A stretch of 64,000 nt of DNA from Omnitrophica WOR_2 bacterium RIFCSPHIGHO2_02_FULL_50_17 (lineage in GTDB: Bacteria; Omnitrophota; Gorgyraeia; Zapsychrales; Zapsychraceae). The stretch is taken from assembly GCA_001805645.1 (NCBI GenBank), contig MHGQ01000049.1, positions 66,216-130,215 on the forward strand, read 5' to 3'. Position numbers and translations under genes: made by a program. The notes beneath the pieces are model-generated. The model was not told the DNA's origin. It searched no databases and saw only the letters and a program-made list of their open reading frames with translations. Positions 35,890 to 45,924 of this stretch are shown here, in pieces. The first letter of the stretch is position 1; each line of letters begins with the position of its first letter.

Positions 35890-36377
35890 GGAATTTTATT
35901 CTCCAGTAATTGCTGTTGTGTCTCCCCTGCTTCGAGATCCAATCCTTCCTCCTCATCCCACTCATACGTATCCATCTTGGCAACGGTCACGGCCTTTTTC
36001 TGGCCGTTCTCTTCCTTGTAGAAAACCTCCACCTCCTCGTCCGCCGCAATCTCATCCAGGGACTTAAAATTCTCAAAGACAGTCTCAGCGCTAATCATAT
36101 AAATCACTTCGCGTTCGATTTCTTCTTCCCCCTCGTAATCGGCTTCGCTTAAAGTGATCTGATCAACCGCCGCCTTCACCGCCTTCCCAAAAGTATAATG
36201 GATCTCCTCTTCTCCAAAACTCATTGCCGGAGAAAAAGAAAAACTCATTAAGACAATCCCGCAAATGGGAAAGACAAGACTCCCTTTTATTTCTTTTGAA
36301 ATCTTCTTGCCCCATGATGCTATTTCCATTTCATGCCCCTCCTTCTCATTGACCGTTTTTCCTATCAAGCGAGACAA
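35886..36377 (-). CDS. Hypothetical secreted, highly acidic protein
   Basis: An internal start MEIASW... gives a signal-like hydrophobic segment (LVFPICGIVLMSFSFSPAMSF). The remainder is rich in Glu and Asp. Confidence 0.4.
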   Translation of the reverse strand: MSRLIGKTVNEKEGHEMEIASWGKKISKEIKGSLVFPICGIVLMSFSFSPAMSFGEEEIHYTFGKAVKAAVDQITLSEADYEGEEEIEREVIYMISAETVFENFKSLDEIAADEEVEVFYKEENGQKKAVTVAKMDTYEWDEEEGLDLEAGETQQQLLENKIP

Positions 36378-36379
36378 CG

Positions 36380-36946
36380 TTATTTCCCCTCATCCAAAAT
36401 CTTCCGGATTTTTTCATGCAAAGGCACCGGGCCAGAGGATGTTTTCTTGCCCCTCAGATCACCCTTATAGACATCCGCCGCCTTGTATTTCGTCTTATCC
36501 GTGCGATCTGTTTCCCGCACAGAGGTGTCCGCACCAGCGGCCTCCACCGGCTTCACTTCGTTTAAAACCCTTTGAACTGTTTCTAATACCTTTTCTTTAT
36601 TAAACGGTTTTGTAATAAAACAGGAGACCCCCGTTATGGCAACCAATTCTTTCATCTCCTCGCGGGAGGTTATAACAATAATAAAAATATTTGTGAAAGA
36701 AGCATCGTTCTTAATCTCTTGAATCAACTGAAACCCGTCCATCTCGGGCATCATCATGTCGGTAATCACCAAATCCGGGTTATGCTGCTTAATCATGGCA
36801 AGGGCCTCAACGCCGTTCGTGGCGGCTATAATATTCGTAAAGCCGCCCTGGCTGAGCGTCTCGGATAAAATCAACCGAACGATTTTGTCATCGTCCACAA
36901 TCAAAATTTTCGGATTCTTCTCCATAACAAAAATCCCCAAGAACAA
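36380..36946 (-). CDS. Response regulator (REC domain) with a Lys-rich C-terminal extension and no known output domain
   Basis: KILIVDDDKIV...DLVITDMMMPEMDG...IIVITS. The probable start is MEKNPKIL. Confidence 0.75.
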   Translation of the reverse strand: MFLGIFVMEKNPKILIVDDDKIVRLILSETLSQGGFTNIIAATNGVEALAMIKQHNPDLVITDMMMPEMDGFQLIQEIKNDASFTNIFIIVITSREEMKELVAITGVSCFITKPFNKEKVLETVQRVLNEVKPVEAAGADTSVRETDRTDKTKYKAADVYKGDLRGKKTSSGPVPLHEKIRKILDEGK

Positions 36947-36954
36947 ACCATTTT

Positions 36955-38424
36955 TTATTCTAAACCGACCCGTATCCTATAAGCAACCTTAACCTCCTCG
37001 TCTTTTAAAACAGGCACATCGAAACGGATCGTCCAGGCATCGAGTTTTTGAAAGGCGTGGCTTCGCTCAACAACCTGCCAATTCCCATACAGCGGCTCGA
37101 TAATACCGACGACGATGTCCTCTTCTTTGTGATTGCGCAGCGTCACCTCCCAGGCGGTCTCATAAAGCTGGGTCGTCAATTGTTTGAAATCGGTCTGACG
37201 GCGCTCCGCCACCACATCAAAGGCCTCGCCGACCTTGACCTTGACCTCTTCGTCTTTGGGGGTATGCTCGATCCGGTCTTCCCCCGCAAACTGCAGACTC
37301 TTTTGAGAATCTTCCTTGTAAAGACGCAGCACCCCGGCCGGAAGCGGCATGCCCAGATGGTTTTCTTCTGAATTCTTAAACTTCACATACACCGAGACCG
37401 GCTGCTTGGGATTTTGAGGACGGTAATACTGCGTAAAGAAGCTTTGGACGCCATAAACAAGGAGTTCTTTTTCGGCCTTGATGCCCGCGGCCTCCAGCAA
37501 ACTGATCTGCTTGGTCTGTTTATCCTTGATCGTGGTCTTTCTCTGCAAATCATAGATGTGATATTCAAAGAATCCTTCTTCGGCAAACTGAGGAGCCTTG
37601 GCCTCGGCCATCATTGCCATTCCAAGCTTATAATTCATCCGGCCCATCGGCGCCTGGACTCTTTGCACCTCGCCGGCGACCAGTTTCAGCTTCGCATTTT
37701 CATAAGCGGCCCCGCTTTTATTATCGATCGTCACCCAGCCGGATAAATCACCGCCCGTGTCCTCTTGATTCAAGACAAAAACATAATCCGCGGCCCACGA
37801 GATGTTATTCGTTAAATAGGAGACCTCAATCTCGTGGGGCTCGTCAGCCTCATTGGCATACAGCCACATCAAGGTAGGCTTGGCAATCAGGTTCTCAGGC
37901 AGTTCCGGCAAGACTTTATAGCCTGGATGCCCCAAATAAATCTCGTTATCAATCTTAAAAACCGGATTATTGTCATTATTGCTGATAAGCGCCGCCTCGA
38001 CAATCTCTTTGCGATCCTGAAACTGGTTCCAGTCAATCAGCTTAATTTTCCTGCCCACATATTTATCTAAGAGCTTACCGTAGTTCATGAGATCGTATTC
38101 ATAGTTCTGTTCCATGACCTGAAATGCTTCAGGGTTACTCAAGGACTTCACATGGACTGTCACCGGCATAATATAGGAAGCCACATCCATAAACCTTAGT
38201 TCTCCCTCGCCGGAAGGAAGGGCGATACGCCGCGTATCTTTGATAAGACCAAGGTTATTGTTATAAACGGTAACATCGATCTTTGTTTGATCCTTCTGGG
38301 TGCTCTTAACCGCATCCTGCGCAGATACACTTGTCCCCGAAAAGAGTGCCATCCCTAAAACGATAATACCGATACGCATAAAATCCCCTTTCTCCTTCAT
38401 GCAGATATGGTTCCGGTTATGCAT
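36955..38424 (-). CDS. DUF4139-like (MuiA-type) secreted protein
   Basis: A signal peptide (internal start MRIGIIVLGMALF) and a long beta-rich sequence. The family assignment is from memory only. Confidence 0.45.
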   Translation of the reverse strand: MHNRNHICMKEKGDFMRIGIIVLGMALFSGTSVSAQDAVKSTQKDQTKIDVTVYNNNLGLIKDTRRIALPSGEGELRFMDVASYIMPVTVHVKSLSNPEAFQVMEQNYEYDLMNYGKLLDKYVGRKIKLIDWNQFQDRKEIVEAALISNNDNNPVFKIDNEIYLGHPGYKVLPELPENLIAKPTLMWLYANEADEPHEIEVSYLTNNISWAADYVFVLNQEDTGGDLSGWVTIDNKSGAAYENAKLKLVAGEVQRVQAPMGRMNYKLGMAMMAEAKAPQFAEEGFFEYHIYDLQRKTTIKDKQTKQISLLEAAGIKAEKELLVYGVQSFFTQYYRPQNPKQPVSVYVKFKNSEENHLGMPLPAGVLRLYKEDSQKSLQFAGEDRIEHTPKDEEVKVKVGEAFDVVAERRQTDFKQLTTQLYETAWEVTLRNHKEEDIVVGIIEPLYGNWQVVERSHAFQKLDAWTIRFDVPVLKDEEVKVAYRIRVGLE

Positions 38425-39083
38425 AAATGCCGGTCACTGACGGCTCTAACCGAAAGACCACCCAGTTTAGCCTTCTTAAGTTGGTCATGTATCTCTCTGA
38501 CCTCAAAAGCGGCTAAAAAAGAATTATAAAAATCTTGGTTAAATACATCCGAATCGCTCGTCGAGTATTTTGCCACCAATGCCCTGGCTTCCTGAGTTGT
38601 CTTCGGGCGCATTAAATCCATCACAAAAATACGGCTCCCTTTCTGAGAGTACTGTTTGATTGTCTGCCAAAATGCCGCAGGACGGCGCATATGATGCAGG
38701 ACACTGTTACTAATAATGATATCATATTCGTCTGTAGGAAGAGATAATTGGGGCAAGATGCCTTTGAAAAGCTGGATGCGATCAGAAACCTCGCTGGAGG
38801 CTACATTTTTTTTCCCATAAGACAACATGGCCTCTGACCCATCCACGCCATGAACGATACACCGAAGGAATGTCCGCGCAAACCGGACAGCGATATTTCC
38901 CGGGCCGCACCCTAAATCGAGGACATAACCGCAAATATCCTGGCCGAAACTTTCCTGAAACTGCCGCATAAAAAAATCGCGTGCTTTTTCAAAATCACCC
39001 TCGACATAGGCCTTGACCTGCCTTATATCCGCCATGAGTTCGAGTTCGTGCCTGCGTCGCATTATAAGGCGACATTGTAACAT
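38397..39083 (-). CDS. Class I SAM-dependent methyltransferase
   Basis: VLDLGCGPGNIAVRFA (motif I) and IISNSVLHH (motif II region). Confidence 0.8.
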   Translation of the reverse strand: MLQCRLIMRRRHELELMADIRQVKAYVEGDFEKARDFFMRQFQESFGQDICGYVLDLGCGPGNIAVRFARTFLRCIVHGVDGSEAMLSYGKKNVASSEVSDRIQLFKGILPQLSLPTDEYDIIISNSVLHHMRRPAAFWQTIKQYSQKGSRIFVMDLMRPKTTQEARALVAKYSTSDSDVFNQDFYNSFLAAFEVREIHDQLKKAKLGGLSVRAVSDRHLCITGTISA

Positions 39084-39149
39084 AATTTAAAGAAAAGCGG
39101 AAAGGAAATATCTTCGGCCGATGGGAAGGCAAATGACAGCGGCCAAGGT

Positions 39150-40757
39150 TCATGGCGGGAAAGGGATAACGTTCTTGAAATTCCCGATATCGCTTTTCAA
39201 ATAACAATAAGCGCTGGGGTCATTGCCTGTCTTCAAAAAATGGCAGTCCCTGCCGCCGTCCATGGCCTTATTCTCGGCAAGAGTATAAGTTTTCGTTTCC
39301 TCTCCTTCGCTGAGCTTCACGATAAGGGCGTTGTTCGCCGGCACCTCATCCGTAAAGGCCAGCGACAAATTCATATTCTTAAATTTCTGAATGATATCTT
39401 CCACCTTGCCTTTTTCCATGTCTTCGCCGCCAGAGGTTTTCCAAACTGATTCTTCTTTCTTCTCTTGCTCTGTCTCGGCTCCCGGGGTCTCCCCGATCCC
39501 CGTCGACACCTTCACAGCCCTCACGGCGCTGAACTTCTTTTTCGCCACCACATCCTGAATCTCGACCTTAACAATCCCCTCGTCTTTTATCTCCAGAGGA
39601 TTGGCAATCAGAATATCCCCGCTATTTTTTATAAAATTATCAAATGTCGAAACAGGAACCAGGAAACAATGGTCATCGGCCATCTTCACGTAATAATTAT
39701 ACCCCTCTTTGTCTTTGTTGCTCCGGACAAGCGTAAGGGGCCCTCCCTCTGCGAGTTTTAATTCAACTTTCCAGAAAGAATCCCCCAAGGCATCGTGAGT
39801 ATCGGCGGCGACCACCTTGGAGACGCGTATGTTCTGCAGATTTTGAAGCTGATTTTTTATCTTGGCAGCGCTTAAACCGAAAGTATACGGAATATGAGAC
39901 TCCCATTTTGTCTTGTCATCGGCGGTCTTGAGCTCCAAATCTAACCATGTTTTCTCAACACCCTGGCGGATCTCTGAAATTTTAAAGACAACCGCATCCT
40001 TTGGCTCAAAACGGACGACCTGTTTATCAAACCATTTATCCGTGTTGAAATTCTCCGCCTTGGGCTCTCCCCACAAGCCGAATTCCGCCAAGAGATCCTC
40101 CTCCACCACGTAGACCTCATTTTTGTCTCTGGGACGGATAAAATTCCCCGACGAGCCGGAGCGCTTGGACCCGACGACAAGATGGGCGACGGCGACCCCA
40201 TCCCTGCTAAGAACGATATGCACACCCGCCTCATCGGCAATACCGTAATCTGCCAGCAGACCCGCCTCATTGGAGCGCAACTCCCCTTCAAGGCCGTTTA
40301 ATTTGTTAAGAAACGCCGTCAAGGCATTTTCATCGGCATAGACGCCGTAAAGGCTTTTCACCTTCCATCGGCCTTCCTCTTTAATAAGATGGACTTTTGT
40401 TTCTGTGGTGCCTGCCTGTCCGGCAGGCAGGCCGAAGCGAAAAACCGCCTCACTGAGATTCTCCAAATTCAAAGAAGAGGTAATAATATCGGCCATTTCC
40501 TCTGTTGTCGGCACGGTCGGCTCCATACCTTTTTTGACAAAGACAATGCCCACAAGGACAATAAAAACGGCCAAAAGGATGATCAAGTTTTTGAATTTCA
40601 TTTCTACTGCCCTCTCAGAATAATTATTTTTTACAGTTTTGCGGCAGGTAATAACTTTAAGTACTGTTCTTTCTCTTTGCGGCGCCATATCGCGCGGATG
40701 CTTCCCACCACAATAAGGACGCAAGGCACCGCCAATATCGTCATAAAGCGGTACCAT
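39150..40757 (-). CDS. DUF4340-like periplasmic protein associated with the GldG-type ABC system
   Basis: An internal start MKFKNLIILLAVFIVLVGIV gives an N-terminal anchor. It sits directly downstream of the ABC-2/GldG gene. Confidence 0.5.
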   Translation of the reverse strand: MVPLYDDIGGALRPYCGGKHPRDMAPQRERTVLKVITCRKTVKNNYSERAVEMKFKNLIILLAVFIVLVGIVFVKKGMEPTVPTTEEMADIITSSLNLENLSEAVFRFGLPAGQAGTTETKVHLIKEEGRWKVKSLYGVYADENALTAFLNKLNGLEGELRSNEAGLLADYGIADEAGVHIVLSRDGVAVAHLVVGSKRSGSSGNFIRPRDKNEVYVVEEDLLAEFGLWGEPKAENFNTDKWFDKQVVRFEPKDAVVFKISEIRQGVEKTWLDLELKTADDKTKWESHIPYTFGLSAAKIKNQLQNLQNIRVSKVVAADTHDALGDSFWKVELKLAEGGPLTLVRSNKDKEGYNYYVKMADDHCFLVPVSTFDNFIKNSGDILIANPLEIKDEGIVKVEIQDVVAKKKFSAVRAVKVSTGIGETPGAETEQEKKEESVWKTSGGEDMEKGKVEDIIQKFKNMNLSLAFTDEVPANNALIVKLSEGEETKTYTLAENKAMDGGRDCHFLKTGNDPSAYCYLKSDIGNFKNVIPFPP

Positions 40758-43162
40758 AATTTCTGGACCTTGCCCAAAGGCTGTATCCTTCGCTCAACCT
40801 CCTGATGGCTTCGAATATTGATGAGTTCACCGCCGAGCGTCAGGGCATCCACGGCATTCGTGAAAAAATTCAACATGCCGCCGTTTTTGATAATGTCTTC
40901 CTGAAACATCTGAGAGCATCCCGCCACCAAGAGCTTGCCGGGCCTCGGCGTAAGCGTTGGGGTTTTCTCTGTCTCTTGTTCCACGGACGAATCAACCGTC
41001 TCTGCCCCTTCCTTGGGCCAGGCCGGCATATCCTGCCCCTGAAAGGCATCCGGGAACTGCCCTTCCAATAAAACAGCCAGAGGATACGAACCGTAAGTGC
41101 CATCCGAAGGCTGTTTCACATCATTGGGAGATAAAGGCCCGCCCTTAAAGGGAAGAGACCAGCTTTTTTTACTCGAATTAAACAATATTGTCTTTCTCAG
41201 TTTTAGGTCCTCAAGCTTTTTATTGTCCAGATCAAGTGCGGATCCCCATAAATAGAGAATAGAGGCTAACCGTCCCGTGAGAGAGACATCCTGATTCATA
41301 TTCTCCTGGGTGACTAAAATCTGCATAGGGGCTTTGACAGGCACAGACACCTCAAACGGCCCAAAGGACATGGCCCCCGAGATGGAGATCGTATCGCTCT
41401 GTTCGTCCATAAGCATCTTGTCGCTTAAGGTAACCCCCAAGGGGCGGAGCACGTCGTTGACATTCATATCCTTCTGTTCCGCCGCAATTTCAATTCCCAT
41501 GCGTCCGGACTGCCCGTAACGGTAGCCATATTGCTGAGCGGCGATGATAACATTGCCGCCCTCATGAAGGAAACGGCTGATTTCATACCGCTGGCGGTCA
41601 TTAAGCCTCTCGGGATCCACGACAATAAGCGTATCCACCCCCGCAGGCAGAGGGCTTTCCTTGGTTAGACGGATCCGATACAGCTCATAATCTTCATATT
41701 TCAAGGCCGCATCCAGGATCTTGTATTTGTCATCCACATACTGATCTGGAGCCGTCTGCCCCAATTGGGCCAGAAGCGCCCGCATCTGTGGATCCACGAC
41801 CCTCTGCGTAAAAGGAGCCACCAAGGCCACCTTCGGCGTCTTCTCCAGCGTCATACGATAAATCTTGGAAATCAATTCATATTCAAAATTATTAAGATTT
41901 TGCGGGGTAATGCCGGGGAGGATTTCCTCCTTTTTCTCCTTATAAGCAATGGCGATGGCCGCATAAACCAATTTAATATCCATCTGGTCCTGTTCGATGC
42001 TGCGCACCTGAAAAGGACGGATACCCTTCTGCTGCAACTTGTTCTCCAAGGATTCCTCTTGTCCCTCCTCTTGGGGCTCCTGGGCAACCGCCTCCATGTG
42101 ATAGACATTGTAACGCAGTTTCCCGCCGGAAAAAACTTTAAGCTCATCCAGACGGTCATGGATATCCCGCTCCAGGGATTTCAAAGCGGTCGGCATCTTC
42201 TCCGACGGAGAAATATACAATTTAACCGTAACAGGCGCTTTAAGGGATTTTAAAATCTTTTTCGTCGTTTCTGTCACCGTATACAGTTTCCCTTCCGTAA
42301 GGTCGTAGCGCCCCAGAGGGATATCCGCGAACAAAAAGTTTAAGACCATGCTCAATCCCATACAGACGGCCACGGCCCCCGCAAAGACAATCTTGGCCTT
42401 GGGACGAAGCCGGTCTTCAATCGAAAATATATTCAACACCAGAAACACGCCCGTCATAACAATAAAGTAAAGGCCGTCACGGTTGTCAATCACACCGCGC
42501 TGAAAGCTCTCAAAGTGCCGGGTCATGCCGAAATTCTCTTTCAGGAAAGTCCCCACCCCCGGAAGCCAGCCGTCCATGACGCCCGCCATGAAATCAATCC
42601 CCGCCAGAAAGAAGAAGAAACAGACAATCATGGCCACAATGAAAGAGACAATCTGATCTTTACAAAGGCCGGAGATGAAAATACCGACGCTTAAGAAAAA
42701 CGCCCCCATCAGGACACTGCCGATATACCCTCCGATAATAGGCCCGATGTCGGGGTTGCCCGCCATGGCCAGCATTGCCGGTATCAACAATGTCCCGGCT
42801 AAGGCGATAAGATAAAAAAGAAAACCGGCGCCGAATTTTCCTAGGACCAGCTGATAGGTCTCCATAGGAAAGGTGAGGAGCATTTCAAAAGTGTTTCCCC
42901 TTTTCTCCTCAGCCCACAGCCGCATGGTAATCGCAGGCACAAAGACGCACAGGATAATCGGCATAAAGTAGAAAAACGAGCGCATATCCGCACTGCCGAT
43001 TAAAAAAAACTGAGACATAAAAAGACCTGCGTTGAGAATCACAAAAACCATGATAAAGATGTAGGCAATGGGGGAGTTAAAGTATGAAGACATCTCCCGG
43101 GAAAAAATAGAGCGGCAATGAGCGATATTTTTCATGTCATCTCCCTCCCGGCACGGATTCAA
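40631..43162 (-). CDS. ABC-2 family permease fused to a GldG-like (gliding-motility-associated ABC auxiliary) domain
   Basis: N-terminal ~260 aa with 6 TM helices (ABC-2), then a ~550-aa soluble GldG-like domain, then a C-terminal TM (FMTILAVPCVLIVVGSI). Length is 843 aa. Confidence 0.65.
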   Translation of the reverse strand: MNPCREGDDMKNIAHCRSIFSREMSSYFNSPIAYIFIMVFVILNAGLFMSQFFLIGSADMRSFFYFMPIILCVFVPAITMRLWAEEKRGNTFEMLLTFPMETYQLVLGKFGAGFLFYLIALAGTLLIPAMLAMAGNPDIGPIIGGYIGSVLMGAFFLSVGIFISGLCKDQIVSFIVAMIVCFFFFLAGIDFMAGVMDGWLPGVGTFLKENFGMTRHFESFQRGVIDNRDGLYFIVMTGVFLVLNIFSIEDRLRPKAKIVFAGAVAVCMGLSMVLNFLFADIPLGRYDLTEGKLYTVTETTKKILKSLKAPVTVKLYISPSEKMPTALKSLERDIHDRLDELKVFSGGKLRYNVYHMEAVAQEPQEEGQEESLENKLQQKGIRPFQVRSIEQDQMDIKLVYAAIAIAYKEKKEEILPGITPQNLNNFEYELISKIYRMTLEKTPKVALVAPFTQRVVDPQMRALLAQLGQTAPDQYVDDKYKILDAALKYEDYELYRIRLTKESPLPAGVDTLIVVDPERLNDRQRYEISRFLHEGGNVIIAAQQYGYRYGQSGRMGIEIAAEQKDMNVNDVLRPLGVTLSDKMLMDEQSDTISISGAMSFGPFEVSVPVKAPMQILVTQENMNQDVSLTGRLASILYLWGSALDLDNKKLEDLKLRKTILFNSSKKSWSLPFKGGPLSPNDVKQPSDGTYGSYPLAVLLEGQFPDAFQGQDMPAWPKEGAETVDSSVEQETEKTPTLTPRPGKLLVAGCSQMFQEDIIKNGGMLNFFTNAVDALTLGGELINIRSHQEVERRIQPLGKVQKLWYRFMTILAVPCVLIVVGSIRAIWRRKEKEQYLKLLPAAKL

Positions 43163-44105
43163 CTTTTTTGCGTTTGCTCAACAAGGAAATGAATAAATCC
43201 TCCAAATTGAAACGCCTTTCGGCCAAGGTGCGCACGGGCCATTTTTTTTCTTTATTCAAATTGTCCATCTCCTGAACGATCAAGGGATCCTCGAAGGCGC
43301 TCATGACATCAAATGTGACAAAGCCATCCTTCGATTCGCTGACAAAAGATATGTCTTTGGCGTGCAAAAGGCCTTTGAGAGCCTTCTCAACCGTTTCCTT
43401 AGGTTCTTTTACCGTCAAGGTGTGACAGCGATACCTCATCGCCTCCCGGGCCAATTCCTCTTTGGTCCCCTGCGAGACAATCCTGCCCTCATTAATAATG
43501 ACGATTCTGTCCGCCAGGACTTCCACCTCCTGCAGAATGTGCGTTGAAAAGATAATCGTTTTTTCTTTGGCCAGTTCCTTGACCAGCCGGCGGATGCCGA
43601 TAATCTGCAAAGGGTCAAGACCGCTGGTGGGCTCATCCAGGATAAGAATCTTGGGATCATGAATAAGAGACTGCGCAAGCCCGACGCGCTGGCGGAATCC
43701 CTTCGAGAGCTCATGAATGCCGTGTTTCCAAACGCCTGTAATGCCGCAGGCATCAACCAGCCAATCGAAACGTTTTTGAAGAGCCGATCCCCTTATGCCG
43801 CGGGCGTTGCCGACAAAAGCAAGATATTCATCCACGCGCATATCCATATAAAGAGGCACCGTCTCCGGCATGTAACCTACCAATTCACGCACCCTCAAGG
43901 GCTGTTCCAGGATATCATAACCGCCTAAAACGGCCGTGCCGCGAGTGGGATAAATAAAGGTAGTGAGAATCCGCATCAGGGTGGATTTACCAGCCCCGTT
44001 GGGACCCAAAAGACCTAGAATCTCTCCCTCCTTCACACAGAAAGAGACATCCTCCAAGGCCACGGTAGAGCCGTAATGCATATAAACGTTCTTAATGGTA
44101 ATCAT
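43137..44105 (-). CDS. ABC transporter ATP-binding protein (ABC-2 / GldA-like)
   Basis: Walker A GPNGAGKST, the LSKGFRQRVGLAQSL signature, and Walker B ILILDEPTSGLD. Confidence 0.9.
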   Translation of the reverse strand: MITIKNVYMHYGSTVALEDVSFCVKEGEILGLLGPNGAGKSTLMRILTTFIYPTRGTAVLGGYDILEQPLRVRELVGYMPETVPLYMDMRVDEYLAFVGNARGIRGSALQKRFDWLVDACGITGVWKHGIHELSKGFRQRVGLAQSLIHDPKILILDEPTSGLDPLQIIGIRRLVKELAKEKTIIFSTHILQEVEVLADRIVIINEGRIVSQGTKEELAREAMRYRCHTLTVKEPKETVEKALKGLLHAKDISFVSESKDGFVTFDVMSAFEDPLIVQEMDNLNKEKKWPVRTLAERRFNLEDLFISLLSKRKKVESVPGGR

Positions 44106-44264
44106 AGCCCCTCCTGATTACTGGTCATCAGCATTGATGCTGCCATATTATCATAAAATTTTTTGATGATTCAAGAAAAAATTTAAAAATCAGCATCGGG
44201 CAGCCAAAGAATCCTGTCCTTCCCGGCTGTCCTTAGGACCGTTGGCTCATTTTAAAAAGTATTC

Positions 44265-44294
44265 TTGTCAATTTCCATGGAGCGCAGGTATAAT
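44265..44294 (+). promoter_or_regulatory. Probable sigma-70 promoter for the NSS transporter gene
   Basis: -35 TTGTCA (44265-70), an 18-nt spacer, and -10 TATAAT (44289-94). An RBS GAGGGA precedes the ATG. Confidence 0.55.
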
Positions 44295-44328
44295 ATAAAA
44301 AAATTGAAATCCACAGGACGAGGGATCT

Positions 44329-45924
44329 ATGAATTATCCCAAAGGGGATGGGGTTATGGAGAAAACACATTCTCATCGGCAAAGATGGTCGTCCCGCCTC
44401 GGGATTATCATGGCGGTGGCCGGTTCTGCCGTCGGGCTTGGAAATTTTTTAAGATTCCCGGCCAAGGTGGCGGCCAACGGCGGCGGGGCATTCATGATTC
44501 CCTATTTTATCTCTCTTCTGCTCCTGGGGATTCCCCTTATGTGGATCGAATGGACCCTGGGACGCTACGGCGGCGGCTTTGGCCACGGGACAGCGCCGGG
44601 AATTTTTCACAGCATATGGCAGAAGAACCGTTTCATCAAATACTTCGGCGTCATCGGCATCTTTGGACCTCTGGTCATTTTCATTTACTACACCTACATC
44701 GAATCCTGGACTCTCGCGTACAGTTTTTTTGCGCTCGCCGGAAAATACAGCGGCTTAAGCGCCCAGGCCGATATGAAAAATTTTTTAAGCGGCTACCAAG
44801 GGCTTGAACAAAACCAACATTTTAGCAGTCTAGGCCCTGCGTATATATTCTTTCTCATAACATTCCTTCTCAATGCTATTATTATTTACAAAGGTATCAA
44901 AGGAGGGATCGAACGTTTTTGTAAATGGGCCATGCCGGCCTTATTTTTCTGCGCCCTTATCCTTTTCGTGCGGGTCCTCACCTTAGGTGCCCCTGATCCG
45001 GCCAAACCCGACTGGAACATCATCAATGGCCTCGGCTTTGTCTGGAATCCCGATTGGACAGCGCTCAAATCCGCCCGCGTCTGGCTGGAGGCCGCCGGCC
45101 AGATTTTCTTTACCCTAAGCGTTGGGATCGGCGTCATCCTCACTTATGCCAGCTATCTCTCTAAAGGTGATGACATTGTGCTTTCCGGAACGACCGCAAC
45201 CAGCGTCAATGAATTTGCCGAGGTTATCTTAGGGGGAAGCGTCATCCTGCCGGCCGCATTTGTCTTTTTCGGTCCTGTGGACATTCAAAACATTGCCCAA
45301 TCTGGTCTTTTTAACTTAGGATTTGTCACTATGCCGCTTGTCCTGAAGCAAATGCCTTTATCCAGTCTCATGGGATTCGCCTGGTTTTTCCTGCTTTTTC
45401 TGGCAGGCATCACCTCATCCGTTTCCCTCGCGCAGCCGGCGGTTGCTTTTCTCGAGGATGAATTCAACATCAAACGCGGCCGGGCGGTTCTCATCTTTGG
45501 GGCAGTCGCTTTTATCTTATGCCATCCGGCCATATTTTTCCTCAAAAACGGCGTCGTGGATGAGCTTGATTTCTGGGGAGGAACGCTCTGCCTGGTTGTC
45601 TTCGCCACCGTCGAGGTAATCCTTTTCTCCTGGGTGTTCGGCATGGAGAATGCCTGGAGTGAGGTCCATCACGGCGCGGACATGGAAGTCCCTAAAATTT
45701 ACAAATTCATCATCAAATACATCACGCCCCTTTTTCTTATCACGATTCTGGGCGCCTGGCTCTACCAGGACTGGCTTAAAGTAATTTTTATGGAAGGCGT
45801 CCCTCCCGAAAACAGGATATACATCCTGGCAACACGCTTAACACTTCTTATCATGTTCATCGTTTTAGCGGTACTCGTCAGGCACGCCTGGAGGCGTAAA
45901 TACAGAGAAGAGGTGAGGCCATGA
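44329..45924 (+). CDS. Sodium-dependent transporter, NSS (neurotransmitter:sodium symporter) family
   Basis: The AVGLGNFLRFP motif and about 12 TM helices. The alternative start MEKTHSH lies 9 codons in. Confidence 0.9.
   Translation: MNYPKGDGVMEKTHSHRQRWSSRLGIIMAVAGSAVGLGNFLRFPAKVAANGGGAFMIPYFISLLLLGIPLMWIEWTLGRYGGGFGHGTAPGIFHSIWQKNRFIKYFGVIGIFGPLVIFIYYTYIESWTLAYSFFALAGKYSGLSAQADMKNFLSGYQGLEQNQHFSSLGPAYIFFLITFLLNAIIIYKGIKGGIERFCKWAMPALFFCALILFVRVLTLGAPDPAKPDWNIINGLGFVWNPDWTALKSARVWLEAAGQIFFTLSVGIGVILTYASYLSKGDDIVLSGTTATSVNEFAEVILGGSVILPAAFVFFGPVDIQNIAQSGLFNLGFVTMPLVLKQMPLSSLMGFAWFFLLFLAGITSSVSLAQPAVAFLEDEFNIKRGRAVLIFGAVAFILCHPAIFFLKNGVVDELDFWGGTLCLVVFATVEVILFSWVFGMENAWSEVHHGADMEVPKIYKFIIKYITPLFLITILGAWLYQDWLKVIFMEGVPPENRIYILATRLTLLIMFIVLAVLVRHAWRRKYREEVRP

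Noticed and set aside
44265-44807. 180-aa plus-strand ORF overlapping the 5' part of the NSS transporter in another frame
   Set aside because: The NSS frame has the family motifs and TM pattern. The alternative frame is Arg/Gly-rich noise.
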